64,000 nt of DNA from contig NC_061789.1 in NCBI RefSeq assembly GCF_022458985.1, forward strand, positions 11,479,707 through 11,543,706. The letters run 5' to 3'. The notes below the pieces were generated by a model, which worked only from the letters and a program-made list of their open reading frames with translations, searched no databases and had not been told where the DNA came from. This document shows positions 48,931-61,566 of the stretch, piece after piece. The position numbers were made by a program, and so were the translations under genes. Every line of letters begins with the position of its first letter. Within the stretch, counting starts at the first letter, position 1. The stretch comes from Mugil cephalus. Its lineage: Eukaryota.

Positions 48931-51900
48931 CTGCACATTTAGCCACGAGTGGGAAAAAAAAAACGTGACAGGAAGGAGAAGAGAAAGAAACCTTAAATCT
49001 TTGTCTTTCTAATCTATTGTTGGTATTATGTGAAGTGTTCCGTGTGAAGAAAGTTTGATTTTTGTGTGTGTGTCTGTTACCTGTGATCCTCTGGACTCCG
49101 CCTCGGTCTTTGCCCTCCTTGCGAGCTCTCAGCCTGATGGCCTGGTTCTCTCGGATCACTGTGGCCTTGATGGTCTCCAGAACCGCCACCTCCTTCCTGG
49201 GGATGTAGGTCCCTGGAAGAAAACCAGATGTTGTTAGTGGGGATCTTTGGGTCCTATGGGTTGAGGGGAGGGGCCTCTGTGGGTCATCTCACAGATACTT
49301 GATCAGTTTGGGATCTGGTGAATTGGATTTCAGGAACGATGGGGCTGATCTGTTCAGAAATCTGGAGGAAAAATATTCCTGGGGGGAAAACATCAAGAAT
49401 AAAAGAAAGTGACCAAAAGGCTTGAAGATGCACTGAGAGTTCTTCCAGGAGCTGTGGGATCCCACCTGGTCCTTCGAACAGCCACTCGTCTCCGGCCACT
49501 CTCTTCTCCCCTCCCACCTCCTCAAAGTCCAGCAGAGCCTGCAGACGCAGCGCCGTGTCCGGATACACGATCTGCAGAGGTGTCGGATCCTGAAGGAGAA
49601 AAACAAACAAACAAAAAAAAGATTACCTTTCTCAACGTAGTTTCTCTTTATTTAAAGACTGACTTTTATTCTAATCTTTTGATTACAATAATCTAAAGCC
49701 TGGTTTCCATGCCAACCTTCTGGATCTCCTCTCCTGGGTACAGAGGGAACGGGTCCTGCGTCAGGCGGATCTCCAGGTCGGCGTGACGCAGCTTGGCTTG
49801 ACCCGATTGGTCAAACAAAACCTGGCCGTTGTCGTCACGGGCAACGGGGTTGGCGATAACGCAGTAGTGACGCGGTGCAACCATCGTCATACGAACCGGT
49901 AAAAAGAGCACTCTGTTAAAAAAGAAAAAAAAGAAACTGATGTTAAATTCTGATTTGAATAAGAGATGTGACACACTGACTGGAAATGGAGCTGAAACTA
50001 AATGGAAGACAATCAAACTCCAGCAGCTACAACACAGAGAGTCTGTCCCACCTCTCATTGTCCTGGCGGATGTAGGTGAGTGGTCCGACCTCCACGCGGG
50101 CGATGTTGGTGTTCTGGTCCAGGACGTGGATATAGTGATGAGGAGGGATGCGGATGATGGACGCATCCATCAGGGCTTCCACCTCAGGCCCACGGTTTCC
50201 GCCCTTCTTAGACATCATGGCAAAGAAACGCTGCACAGGAAAAGAAACATGTGGAGGGCTTTAGGTCCACGCCATGTACGGATTCCACTGAACACCCCGA
50301 CCCCTACGGCTAAACTGACTGTTGATACGAACACAGACAAAAGAGGCAAGTATGAAGAGACAAAGAATGCAAAAAAAAGATTCAAAAAGACACAAAAAAA
50401 GACCCCAAACACACAAAAAATTATCATAAAGTTGCAAAAAGCAGCCACAACGACACAAGTAACCAGAAACTGACAAAATACAATGACAACAGATGGAAAA
50501 AAAAAAAACTCAATGATGAAAATACAATGTGGGCACATAAGACACCCACAAAGATAAAAACACAAAAAACAAAACAACTACAAAGATGCAAAAGACACAC
50601 ACCTGGTAATATCTAAAAAAACAACCTCAAAGTTGAAAAAAAAAAGATCTCAGACACAAAAACAACCACAAGAAAGTAGAAAACCCCACAAAGATGCACA
50701 AAACAACCACTACAAAACCAAAAAAAAAAGATCTCAAAGACAGAAGAACAACCAAAAAAACATAAAAATACAACAAAGATGCAACAGAAGGAGAAAAAAA
50801 TATGTAAAAACAACAACAACAAAAAATATTAAAGGATCTTTATTCTTTTATGCGCCAGTATTCATCATTGTGAATGTATGTGTGGATGTTCTGTCTCCAC
50901 ATCTCAACCATGAATCTAACTGATGACAGATCAATGGACGACAGATTAACTGAGCTTATTAGACAAGCTCTGGTTTAATTCATTTTTATCAGTTTAAAGT
51001 CAACTAAACAAGTTGAGCGTGTCCACTTGGGTGAACACTGAGATCACAGAGAAGTGCAAGAAAAAAAAAAAAGAACAGAGACACACCTTGGTGCAAAGTC
51101 AACCCCAGACGGGTTTATCTCGTTTATCTTGTGACACAATCGACGATTGTTGCTGATTGAATAGTACGAGTCAGTTTACTGAGCATCAGAACGACATCTG
51201 AGCGTCAGCAAGACACAATCTGGGGCCAGTAACCAATGGGACGGTCGATGGGAAAATAAGACGGGGAAATAATGTGATGGACGTCTGTTGCAAATGCGTC
51301 AAGAGAAAATGTCATGAATCAGCTCTTCTCACCGCTATCATAAAAGTCTTTAAGAATACATGCAGCTCATGTGACAAACACGAATCAGTGCATCAATAGA
51401 AAAATCAAAAAGACTTAATCGGAATCTACCTGGACAACGTATGTGCATGTAAACACGTGACTCCGACTAAAATCAGAGTTCTCTTTATCCAATTAAGACG
51501 CCCAGATACTGTGATTGGAATTCCGTTTTCTCTGCCATGTATACGCCTTAATTGGACTACAATCGGATAAGGCATGTGCACCTGCTCTACAACCGCTGCA
51601 CTGGCACGTGACCCCTAAACAAAAACATCGAAGAAAGCCGATCGCAGAAGAAGTTATTAGATTTTCTTCGGTGCATGTAAACTCGGACAAGGACTGTAGT
51701 CAGAAAGTCGAGTTTTGAGCATAGCTCGGTTAAGCTCTGCATGTAAATGCACTGACTGTCGGGACTCAGCCCATTCAAGGCCGCATGGCTCCACTTGTTC
51801 CCCAGACAAAGAAGGTCTTTGAACTCAACCTCCCAGCAGCCTTCACCTTTTTACATCTAGGTGTGAAACCTCCACTCTTGAGGGGGCGGCGGCTTCCCCT

Positions 51901-53796
51901 TACTCTCTTCTCTTAAGCTGTATTTCCATACACAGCCTACCTCTACACCACTGCGCACCACAAACTTTAAATTGCCATTTCCGTTGATAGAAGGTGGGCC
52001 AAACGAGGCCAAAGGGATACTTTTCCAGGACTTAAAAGTACCTCCTCTGTGGTTGGGCCGAAGTAGGTGAATTGGAGTTGAAAATGTGAAGTAAAATGCT
52101 GCTTACTACTGATTGGTTAGAAGAAAAAAAAAAATTGTCACGATGCAGCGCCAGGTACAAAGCTGGATGTTTTGACCAGACGGACACTCCTAAGCAATGG
52201 AAAAGGTAGTTAAAAAAAGGTGGTGAGATGTGGAGTTGTTTAGCGGTAGGCTGCATATGGAAATCTGGGCCTAGTTAGCTTATCTTGCACATAACTTGAC
52301 CAAGCATAGAATACTTCAACCTTGCCAATGTATGTATTGATTGAAACTGGTAAAATACTTTAGCTCGTGGCTGTTGTCTATAGACCGGTGTTTCCCAGTC
52401 CTGCATGTTTTAGATGTTTTCCTCCTCCACCACACCTGATTCAAATGAGTGGCTCGTTATCAGGCCACTGATCATTTGAATCAGGTGTGTTGGAGCAGGA
52501 AACATCTAAAACATGCAGGGCAGTGTTCCTCGAGGACCAGGATTGGGAAACACTGGTCTATAGTCTATAGTCAGTAAACCTGTAACTTGAATTTGAAAAT
52601 CGTGGTGAACAAAGGACACACCTTTGTTCCCCTCACATCACATGTTGGCCTTAGCGTCCATCATGGAGACCAGTTGTTTGTAAACCTCTTTGTCTCTGGA
52701 CCTTTCGCATTGTTTCCCTCACATAGACACTTGGCTTCTTCACACTAACACACACATATCCACATGTGTACATAGTTAAGTGTTTAAAGTTTTGTTATTT
52801 CAGTTTTTAAATGTGTCTGATAAAATTCCTTGAAACTTGAAACGTTGCTCATCTGTTAATGTTGTAGAGGAGTGAATGTGCCAACCTCTACACTGTAGAA
52901 CCCTTAAATCCTTCAAATTTGCTACTATTAATAAGGTAATATTGTTTGTGATTATTAAGTTAATTATGAAGTTAATTAACAACATTCAGTGTTAATAGTT
53001 AGCATACCCACCTTTATGAGACAGATTTGTTAAATAACTGAATTTTGATTAATTTCTGACTTTTAATTCTTCATATGTCAGTGATGGCATCACAATTTTT
53101 CATAAAAAAATAAAATAAAATAAAAACACTGACATATAAAGGGTTAAAAGTCAGAAATTTATCAAACTTTTGGTATTATACTTAGTAAAGAAGTGGATTA
53201 AATGATTCAGGTTAAAAAGTAGAAAAAAATATTGAATTAAATATTATATTAAATTAAAATATGCTATATAATATGCTTCAGGGCATTTTTGTCCCTTAAT
53301 GGTAACAACGTAATAATTTTATAATCAGGTATGAGGATTAAATTCTCCCTGAAGCAGAATAAATAGGTGTGTGTGACTTTTACTTGGAAACCCTCCCTCT
53401 GAGGTCATTAAACAGCTGATTCATGCAAAGGCAAAAATCCACTCCAGAGAGCCTGCTCCTGTCTAAAACATGGTCCGGACGAATCTCAACAGACAGTACG
53501 CATCTTTACATTGCATCCTGGTTTACACTCAACACCAGTAAACAGCAAACAAAAAAAAGAAACTGCCAAACCACTTCCGCATGATATACCTCAACGACAA
53601 ACTGCATGAGAAATAGTGTTCATGTAAATTCCCAGGCCTCGCAAAAGACAAACATTGACATTTATACGATTTACAGGCTTTAGGATTTACATAAATGTTT
53701 CATATTTATTTTTAATATTTAACCCGTGAATCCAAAGGGAGATTGCAGAGAAGAGTTGTGGAGAAGACGCACTCGGAAATTGCTCCAGCGTCTTAC

Positions 53797-53950
53797 CTGT
53801 GCTCTTTGCGGCTGTACGGGCAGACGTGCGGCCGAATCCAGGCGGAAAGAGTCAATTTTAAGAAAATGAGAATAAGTTCACAGAGTAAGAGGCCGCAGAC
53901 GGAAAGGAGATTCGTCTGACGGGAAATGTGTGTCGTTTGTGCGTCAGCAA
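53797..53950 (-). promoter_or_regulatory. Element Y copy Y3 (candidate promoter/non-coding exon 1 of mvp copy 2)
   Basis: Paralog of Y1 with the same CAAAGAGCACAG|gtaagacg donor and upstream CACGTG. Confidence 0.3.
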
Positions 53951-54683
53951 CAGTCACGTGGGTAAAAAAAGAAATATAGAAAATAAATGAGAAAACATTT
54001 ATGAGACAACATAAGAAACGTAGACAGTCTTCAGATACTTATATTATACGGTCTCCTTATGAATAAAAGAAAAGTTCTGAGTAATTTTTAATTATCGAGC
54101 AGCGATTAGTTAACGTGACTTCCGCTTTCGAGATCCGGCGGAATAAAGACATTTAACAGCCTACTGAAAATAAATTTCCTTTTATGAACTTGCACTTGGA
54201 ATATTTAGTAACTTACAATTGGAACATTTATTAAATAACAATTTTTTAAAAATATAGTTGAATTTTTATGTTTTTTTTTTAATTTTTATTAAAATGTTTA
54301 TTATTCTTATCTGTCATTTTATTATTCTTACTTATGTGATTATTTCCAAAAATATATATACATTGACATTATTTTTAAAATATTATCTATCATTATTATT
54401 TATAATTTGTTATTGTTTTTTAAAATATACATTTTGTTTAATCTCACGTACCCCCTGGAGTACCTTCAAGTAGTATATACGGTCAATGATACCCCCAGGA
54501 CATTTTGAGAACCATGATCTCCATACATCCACTGAATATCACCCTACTGTATACCCACTGTTGTAGTTGATTTTAAGTAGTGCAAGTATTTTAAACTTTG
54601 TAAAGAAAGTAGAACGTTCCATAAATAAAAAAAATAAAAAAAAAGAGAGAAAACACCTCAGTAAAGTGTCAGTTTTTAAAATT

Positions 54684-56320
54684 GTTAAGTATACCAGCAG
54701 CAGTACTCGATGGGGCCCCGCAGCATCCAGTGGTCTCCGGGGCGACGGAGGATGCCAATCCTCCCCCATGCGGCGGTCCTGTCAGCAAAGATATGTCAGA
54801 CGGTCCAAAGGAAGGAGAAGAGAAAGAAACCTTAAATCTTTGTCTTTCTAATCTATTGTTGGTATTATGTGGAGTGTTCTGTGTGAAGAAAGTTTGATTT
54901 TTGTGTGTGTGTCTGTTACCTGTGACCCTCTGGACTCCTCCTCGGTCTTTGCCCTCCTTGCGAGCTCTCAGCCTGATGGCCTGGTTCTCTCGGATCACTG
55001 TGGCCTTGATGGTCTCCAGAACCGCCACCTCCTTCCTGGGGATGTAGGTCCCTGGAAGAAAACCAGATGTTGTTAGTGGGGATCTTTGGGTCCTATGGGT
55101 TGAGGGGAGGGGCCTCTGTGGGTCATCTCACAGATACTTGATCAGTTTGGGATCTGGTGAATTTGATTTCAGGAACGATGGGGCTGATCTGTTCAGAAAT
55201 CTGGAGGAAAAATATTCCTGGGGGGAAAACATCAAGAATAAAAGAAAGTGACCAAAAGGCTTGAAGATGCACTGAGAGTTCTTCCAGGAGCTGTGGGATC
55301 CCACCTGGTCCTTCGAACAGCCACTCGTCTCCGGCCACTCTCTTCTCCCCTCCCACCTCCTCAAAGTCCAGCAGAGCCTGCAGACGCAGCGCCGTGTCCG
55401 GATACACGATCTGCAGAGGTGTCGGGTCCTGAAGGAGAAAAACAAACAAACAAACAAAAGATTACCTTTCTCACAGTAGTTTCTCTTTATTTTAAGACTG
55501 ACTTTTATTCTAATCTTTTGATTACAATAATCTAAAGCCTGGTTTCCATGCCGACCTTCTGGACCTCCTCTCCAGGGTACAGAGGGAACGGGTCCTGCGT
55601 CAGGCGGATCTCCAGGTCGGCGTGACGCAGCTTGGCTTGACCCGATTGGTCAAACAAAACCTGGCCGTTGTCGTCACGGGCAACGGGGTTGGCGATAACG
55701 CAGTAGTGACGCGGCGGAACCATCGTCATACGAACCGGTAAAAAGAGCACTCTGTTAAAAAAGAAAATAAAAAAACTGATGTTAAATTCTGATTTGAATA
55801 AGAGATGTGAGACACTGACTGGAAATGGAGCTGAAACTACATGGAAGACAATCAAACTCCAGCAGCTACAACACAGAGGGTCTGTCCCACCTCTCATTGT
55901 CCTGGCGGATGTAGGTGAGTGGTCCGACCTCCACACGGGTGATGTTGGTGTTCTGGTCCAGGACGTGGATATAGTGATGAGGAGGGATGCGGATGATGGA
56001 CGCATCCATCAGGGCTTCCACCTCAGGCCCACGGTTTCCGCCCTTCTTAGACATCATGGCAAAGAAACGCTGCACAGGAAAAGAAACATGTGGAGAGCTT
56101 TAGGTCCACGCCATGTACGGACTCCACTGAACACCCCGACCCCTACGGCTAAACTGACTGTTGATACGAACACAGACAAAAGAACCAAGTACGAAGAGAC
56201 AAAGGATGCAAAAAAAAAAAAGATTCAAAAATACACAAAAAAAATATCATAAAGATGCAAAAAGCAGCCACAACGACACAAGTAACCTGAAACCGACAAA
56301 ATACAATGACAACAGATGAT
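54684..56320 (-). pseudogene. mvp: Truncated mvp 5' fragment (copy 4), the duplicate of copy 3 with the identical mosaic junction
   Basis: Exon 1 is 55891..56009, exon 2 55556..55751, exon 3 about 55305..55428, exon 4 about 54920..55051. The junction pieces at 54704-54810 match 37105-37211. Because the same junction is in both, the truncation predates the 17.6 kb duplication. Confidence 0.75.
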
Positions 56321-57172
56321 GGAAAAAAAACACTGACATATAAAGGGTTAAAAGTCAGAAATTTATCAAACTTTTGGTATTATACTTAGTAAAGAAGTGG
56401 ATTAAATGATTCAGTTTAAAAAGTAGAAAAAAATATTAAATTAAAATTCTCCCTGAAGCAGAATAAATAGGTGTGTGTGACTTTTACTTGGAAGATCTCC
56501 CTCTAAGGTCATTAATGCAAAACAGCTGATTCATGCAAAGGCAAAAATACACTCCAAAGAGCCTGCTCCTGTCTAAAACACGGTCCGGATGAATCTCATC
56601 AGACTGTACACATCTTTACATTGCATTCTGGTTTTGTTGTATATTGATGCGCTGAAGAAAGAAGTGATCACCGCTTAAAAAGGTTTATTTACAAGAAAGA
56701 ACAATGTCAAAAACTCAGCCGAATCTGAGAGGGCTTCTCGTTCAGCTCCACCATACACACACAAAACTTATGTCCTTATATCTGGTTAGTTTTAAGATCT
56801 GGCATTTGGTAAATTACTTTTTGACCTCAAACATACACACTTTATACACACTTCATATACACAAAAGGGAAAGAAGAGAAAAACAAGAAGATAATTTACT
56901 ACAGTTTCCACTCAACATCCGCAAACCAACAAAAGAACCTGCCAAACCACTTCCGCATGATAAACCTCAACGTCAAACTGCATGAGAAATAGTGTTAATT
57001 TAAAGTCCCAGGCCTTGCAAGAGACAAACATTGACATTTATACGATTTACATGCTTTAGGATTAACATAAACGTTTCATCTTTATTTTTAATTTTTAACC
57101 CGTGAATCCAAAGAGAGATTGCAGAGAAGAGTTCTGGAGAAGATGCACTTGGAAATTGGTCCAGCGTCTTAC

Positions 57173-57350
57173 CTGTGCTCTTTGCGGCTGTACGGGAAGA
57201 CGGGAAGACGGTCGGCTGCTCAAGCGAGAGGCCGCAGACGGCGAGCGAGGGGGAGATTGTTCTCTGTTACCGGAAGGGGAGGAGAGGTCGCGTCAGTTTC
57301 TGGGTAGTAGCAGTGACGTAGGACGTATTTCAGTAGCTCAGGAAATCTCC
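57173..57350 (-). promoter_or_regulatory. Element Y copy Y4, 5' of truncated fragment copy 4
   Basis: Paralog of Y2. Confidence 0.3.
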
Positions 57351-60300
57351 TAATCTCCTAATTTATAATCAGTTAGTCCCTTAGAATAAATATCTGTAAG
57401 TTATTTATTTTATTATTATTATTTTTAAAAACTTTATATAACAATGGCTTACTCATTTTTGACACTTTACTCATAATTAACATTTTAAAAAGCCTTTATG
57501 CTGGCACAAGAGCACACAACAAGATTAAGGGTATTACTTCTGACAAATATTCAATCAGTAAATACGAACAGATGACAGACCACATACAGTCTTAAAACGT
57601 CAATGAATTTTGTAAAAGATGTCAATAGTAGTGTCATGTGAAAGAAATGATGCATTAAAACATTAAAATAGTGCACTTGGACTGATGAAGCATGGGTAAA
57701 AACTTAGTTTAGTTTATTTCGAACAAGTTAAAGGCAAACAAAATAATCATACACCATACAAGGGACATAAAGAACCTAAACAACAAAAAGAAAATGAAAA
57801 ATAAAGTTAAAATTACAAATTCTACATGTCCAAAAAGAAGTGGGAGGAAGTACAGACTTATTTTATCACACCCCTTCTTAATAGATCAATAGTATTTGTA
57901 TATTTGTATAATCATAGCAATATTCTGTTTTGAAATCTGTGTTTGTGCCTTCTTCACTGCTGCACAGGTCTTCCACCCTTGTCCCCATTCATGTGTCGAG
58001 GCTTTGTAAGGTGTCTCCTAAAGCCAATGATTAGTTCATTTTCATTTATTTGGACTACTTATGGGCCCAAACAAAGAATGACAGTATGTATAGACCATTG
58101 GGAAAATCTGGATATCCTAAAGCAAAATGCCAGGCACCACTTTATATTCTGTTTGATGTAGCTCAGTCTCAGTAAAAAACTTAAGAAAAAATAAAACACA
58201 GGCTCAGGATAACATTATAGGTATTTAATGGGTAAACAAACAATTCAGCTGAGAGGACAAAGAATGAACAACACAAGAGGGAATATCAAAAGAAAAGCAC
58301 GCACACAGATAACATCCAGCTCCAGTTTAATCCTTACATGTTTAATTTGTTTTTTTAAACCACTATTTTAATGTTTTTCTGTCAAAGATATTGTTTATCC
58401 AACTAGAACAGAGTAAAATAGAATATTTCTGAATATGAAGCATTGTGTGAAAGGTTTAAAATGATTGCTTAAAGAGAAGTTAAATAAGGTGACACAAAGT
58501 AATGTAGAACTTTTAATGAAGTTCATCATGTTTATCTATTCAATGCTGGCCAGTGGAGTTCCTCAGGGAATGATGTTGGGTCTTCTTTATCTTCAATTTT
58601 TTTTCTATAAACTTTTGATTATTTTTTTCAAAAAAAGTTCTTCATGATTAAATCTTCTTAATTTTAGGTTATGAACCACCGATGAGCTACAGTTCATCTT
58701 TCCAATGGTTCAGCTAAGAAACAAAATCTATGTTTTATATCCAAGATTTTTCTTGAGAGGCTTTCTACTCTTTTTTTCCACTGTATTTTTTAAAGCACTA
58801 TAAATAAAGGTTTACTCAATAACGTTTCAATGTAGATGCATGTTTTAAAATAAGAACTACCTCCAGACTGATTTGACACCCCGGTTGGAGGTATTCTCTA
58901 CCAGACAACTGTGAAATACATGTTGCAATTCATATATATATATATAAAAGACTATAGTACATACATTACATTATTATTACATTATATACCAGCTTTTGTT
59001 AAAAGTTATAATTCTTTCAGTCTTGGTCAAAACTGCTACCTTCCTGTGAGTGCTTCACAAAAAAGCCCCACCGCTTATTTCACCTTTGGAAGCCTTGAAC
59101 TGTCAACATTAAAAAACAAAAACAAAAAAAAAAAAAACACACACACACATCATAAATAGTTCTGAAAACTGAAGTTTTGTTTTAAGTCTTTCATATTGAG
59201 AACAGTGTTGGGGTAAGGAGGGACTTTCCTGAGAATCAGAAATCTAAAACAGAGCATCTCATTCACACAGAGGTCACATGATCACGGGACAACAACAGAC
59301 ACACCAGATTTAACAGTCTTTTTTTTTTTTTTTTACAAATATAACACGTTCATAGAGCTATGGCATGCTATATATGAACACATGATCGATACGTCGCAGG
59401 CTGAAAACAACATTTCATAAACAAACAACAGACAGTAACAGCGAGATCAGGATTGTTTTTAAAGGAATTGTAAGTGAAAATATTTCAGGGAAATCTGTAC
59501 AGACTTTGGTTGAATATGTGCTCCTGTAGTGTACAATATACATATATAGATAACTCTAAATTTAAATACTAATTTGACTAAAATGAATATCAAAAAATAG
59601 TATATGTATATAACTGACACGTCACATGCCGCCTTCCACTGTGCACACATGTGATCTGAGCTGAACATGCTTCTCTTCCCTTTGTATAAACAACACAAGC
59701 GAGCAGTTAATCAGGTCTATAGGAGCTTCACAAAAACACACATGTAGAAAAGGTCAGTTTGAACAGAACAGACACACTGATTAAGATTAAAACGCCACGT
59801 AAGATTGATTGGTATAAAATAGATTTCTTTAAATATCACAAAGGTAAAATTTGAAATGGTCAGACGCAGCGATGAAAGAGCTGGAGAGAAACGAGACTGT
59901 CCAGGTTTTGTTCCAGCAAAAAGAACACTGAGTTTAGTACGAAAGAAATGGTAAAATTATAGGCCTGGATGAGGATAAAGACAGAAACAAGTGGATAGAA
60001 TCCATTTTCGTGTCCTTCTGATGAATCCCCGCCCGTCTTTTAGCTCTGCTTTTGGTCTCCACCAGCTCCAGAAAGTCACCGCTGTGAGCTAAAGGCAGGA
60101 AATGTTCTGAAAACCCAAACAATAAGCTAAAACAGGCTAAAAAGCTCCCGAGTGTGTTAAAGTGCAACAACAGCTGACGTTGGCTCCTAAAAAACCTTCA
60201 ACTCCCAATAAAATAAAATAAAAAAATCTTCTCTAGATATTTCTGCAAGATTGATGTTTGTAATTGCAGTAACTTATCCGTTAGCATAATGCAGCTAGAG

Positions 60301-60886
60301 GAGCTAACTTTAACCAATGTATCAGCATTTCCAAGAATATAGTGTCGCTTCAGTTCAGTGTGTGAACACCTCCTCATCTGGAAGGTCCTGACTCCAAACA
60401 GAGAAGAAGCTGCAACTCTGGACTTCAAACAGGCTTTATTCTAAACGAACAAAGGACGTTACATGTCTCTGTGTCCAACTTTAAATACAGTCTATGATCT
60501 GTCGTCAGAAGCTGGACAGGAGGTGACGGCAGGACTTCAGCTCTATAGTGTAAAAACTTCATGTTACAATATTTGTGTTCAACAGTAAAATGAGTTTCTC
60601 CTCACAGCGGGCCGGTCCATCATCCGAGTCTCTGATTGGTTTGTGTTTGATAAGACACAAATAAAAAATGCTGCTGAGACAGAACCAGGACCAGCTCTGA
60701 CTGAGGTTTCGGAAGCACAGCGGAGTTTAAGTGCTGGTGTTCAGGCTGAGAAACAAGCCGACTGTTTGGCTGTGGCTCCTCCAGCGGTGCAGCTCAGAGG
60801 TTTAAACACTGACGTGGGGAATCCGTGTTTCACTTCCTGAGGTTGAAGGTGGACATTGACTATTTTAGGTTCCGGCTGAAACACCT

Positions 60887-60986
60887 TCAGTCCAACATGG
60901 CGTCCAGCTGGTCGGCCAGGTCGTCAAACATGTTGCCGATGTCGTCCAGAATGGTTCCCGCTGACCTCACCGTGTTGGCTCCACTC
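60887..60986 (-). CDS. caskin-family gene, last coding exon (conserved C-terminal motif; stop at 60887-60889)
   Basis: Acceptor ttgtctcag|G. Encodes (G)[32 protein letters not shown], the [19 protein letters not shown] signature of the Caskin C-terminus. Confidence 0.75.
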
Positions 60987-61067
60987 CTGAGACAAAACAA
61001 ATGTACATTACAATGAAAACTAAAACAGAAGAGACATTCTTTTATTTAACTTGGCTTTGTTTCTCAC

Positions 61068-61371
61068 CCCTCAGAGTTGTCCTCCAGGTTCAGTTTCCTC
61101 TCGACTGCCTTCAGAGCTGCTTCCAGAGAAGTGCTCGTCTGATCCAGTCTCTGCTGGACTACCTCGGTCCCGCATGCAGACTCAGGAGGAAGACCTGGAC
61201 CCACCACACACACCTGAGGCCTTGCTGCTGCCAGAGATGGACTCTGTGGGGCCTGCGGGGTTGGAGCCAAAGCCGGGGCCGGACCTTGGGGCCCGTGGGA
61301 GGGTGAGGACGGGGCCGCGAAGGCCACACTCTGAACCACACTGACGGTCAGAGTAGGAGAGGAGCGTCCCG
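61068..61371 (-). CDS. caskin-family gene, penultimate coding exon
   Basis: Acceptor tcttttccag|CG, donor GG|gtgaga. Encodes (A)GRSSPTLTVSVVQSVAFAAPSSPSHGPQGPAPALAPTPQAPQSPSLAAARPQVCVVGPGLPPESACGTEVVQQRLDQTSTSLEAALKAVERKLNLEDNSE. Confidence 0.65.
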
Positions 61372-61566
61372 CTGGAAAAGACACAAATAAGATGCATAAC
61401 CACAAGAACTAAGAGCAACAAGTACCAAGTCTTTAACAGTTTACATTCAGAGGGCACTGAAACTGAATCAGCTCCACATGAGAGTAAGACCCTGGCTGTA
61501 GGTGCTTTAAACCTGGTCTGGTCAGATTCACAAAGGTCTAAGGTCATAGATCAAGTACAATCTTAC

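Larger units (their letters stand above)
42731..50170 (-). pseudogene. mvp: mvp copy 2 (paralog in unit 2): all 16 exons and splice sites present, but a 1-bp deletion in exon 6 shifts the frame
   Basis: Exons are E16 42731..42862, E15 42979..43167, E14 44641..44767, E13 44881..44997, E12 45084..45295, E11 45433..45577, E10 45651..45848, E9 45925..46160, E8 46232..46462, E7 48003..48128, E6 48218..48453 (236 nt against 237 in copy 1), E5 48836..48930, E4 49081..49212, E3 49466..49589, E2 49717..49912, E1 50052..50170. Exon 6 has ctcctccccgtgcgg (4 C) where copy 1 has 5 C. This converts [10 protein letters not shown] to [11 protein letters not shown] and reaches a stop about 30 codons later. 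Confidence 0.5.
41225..58777. repeat. Tandem segmental duplication unit 2 (~17.55 kb) carrying mvp copy 2 and truncated fragment copy 4
   Basis: See unit 1. Homology to unit 1 ends at about 58777 (atccaagatttttcttgagaggctttctactcttttt, then divergence). Confidence 0.85.
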
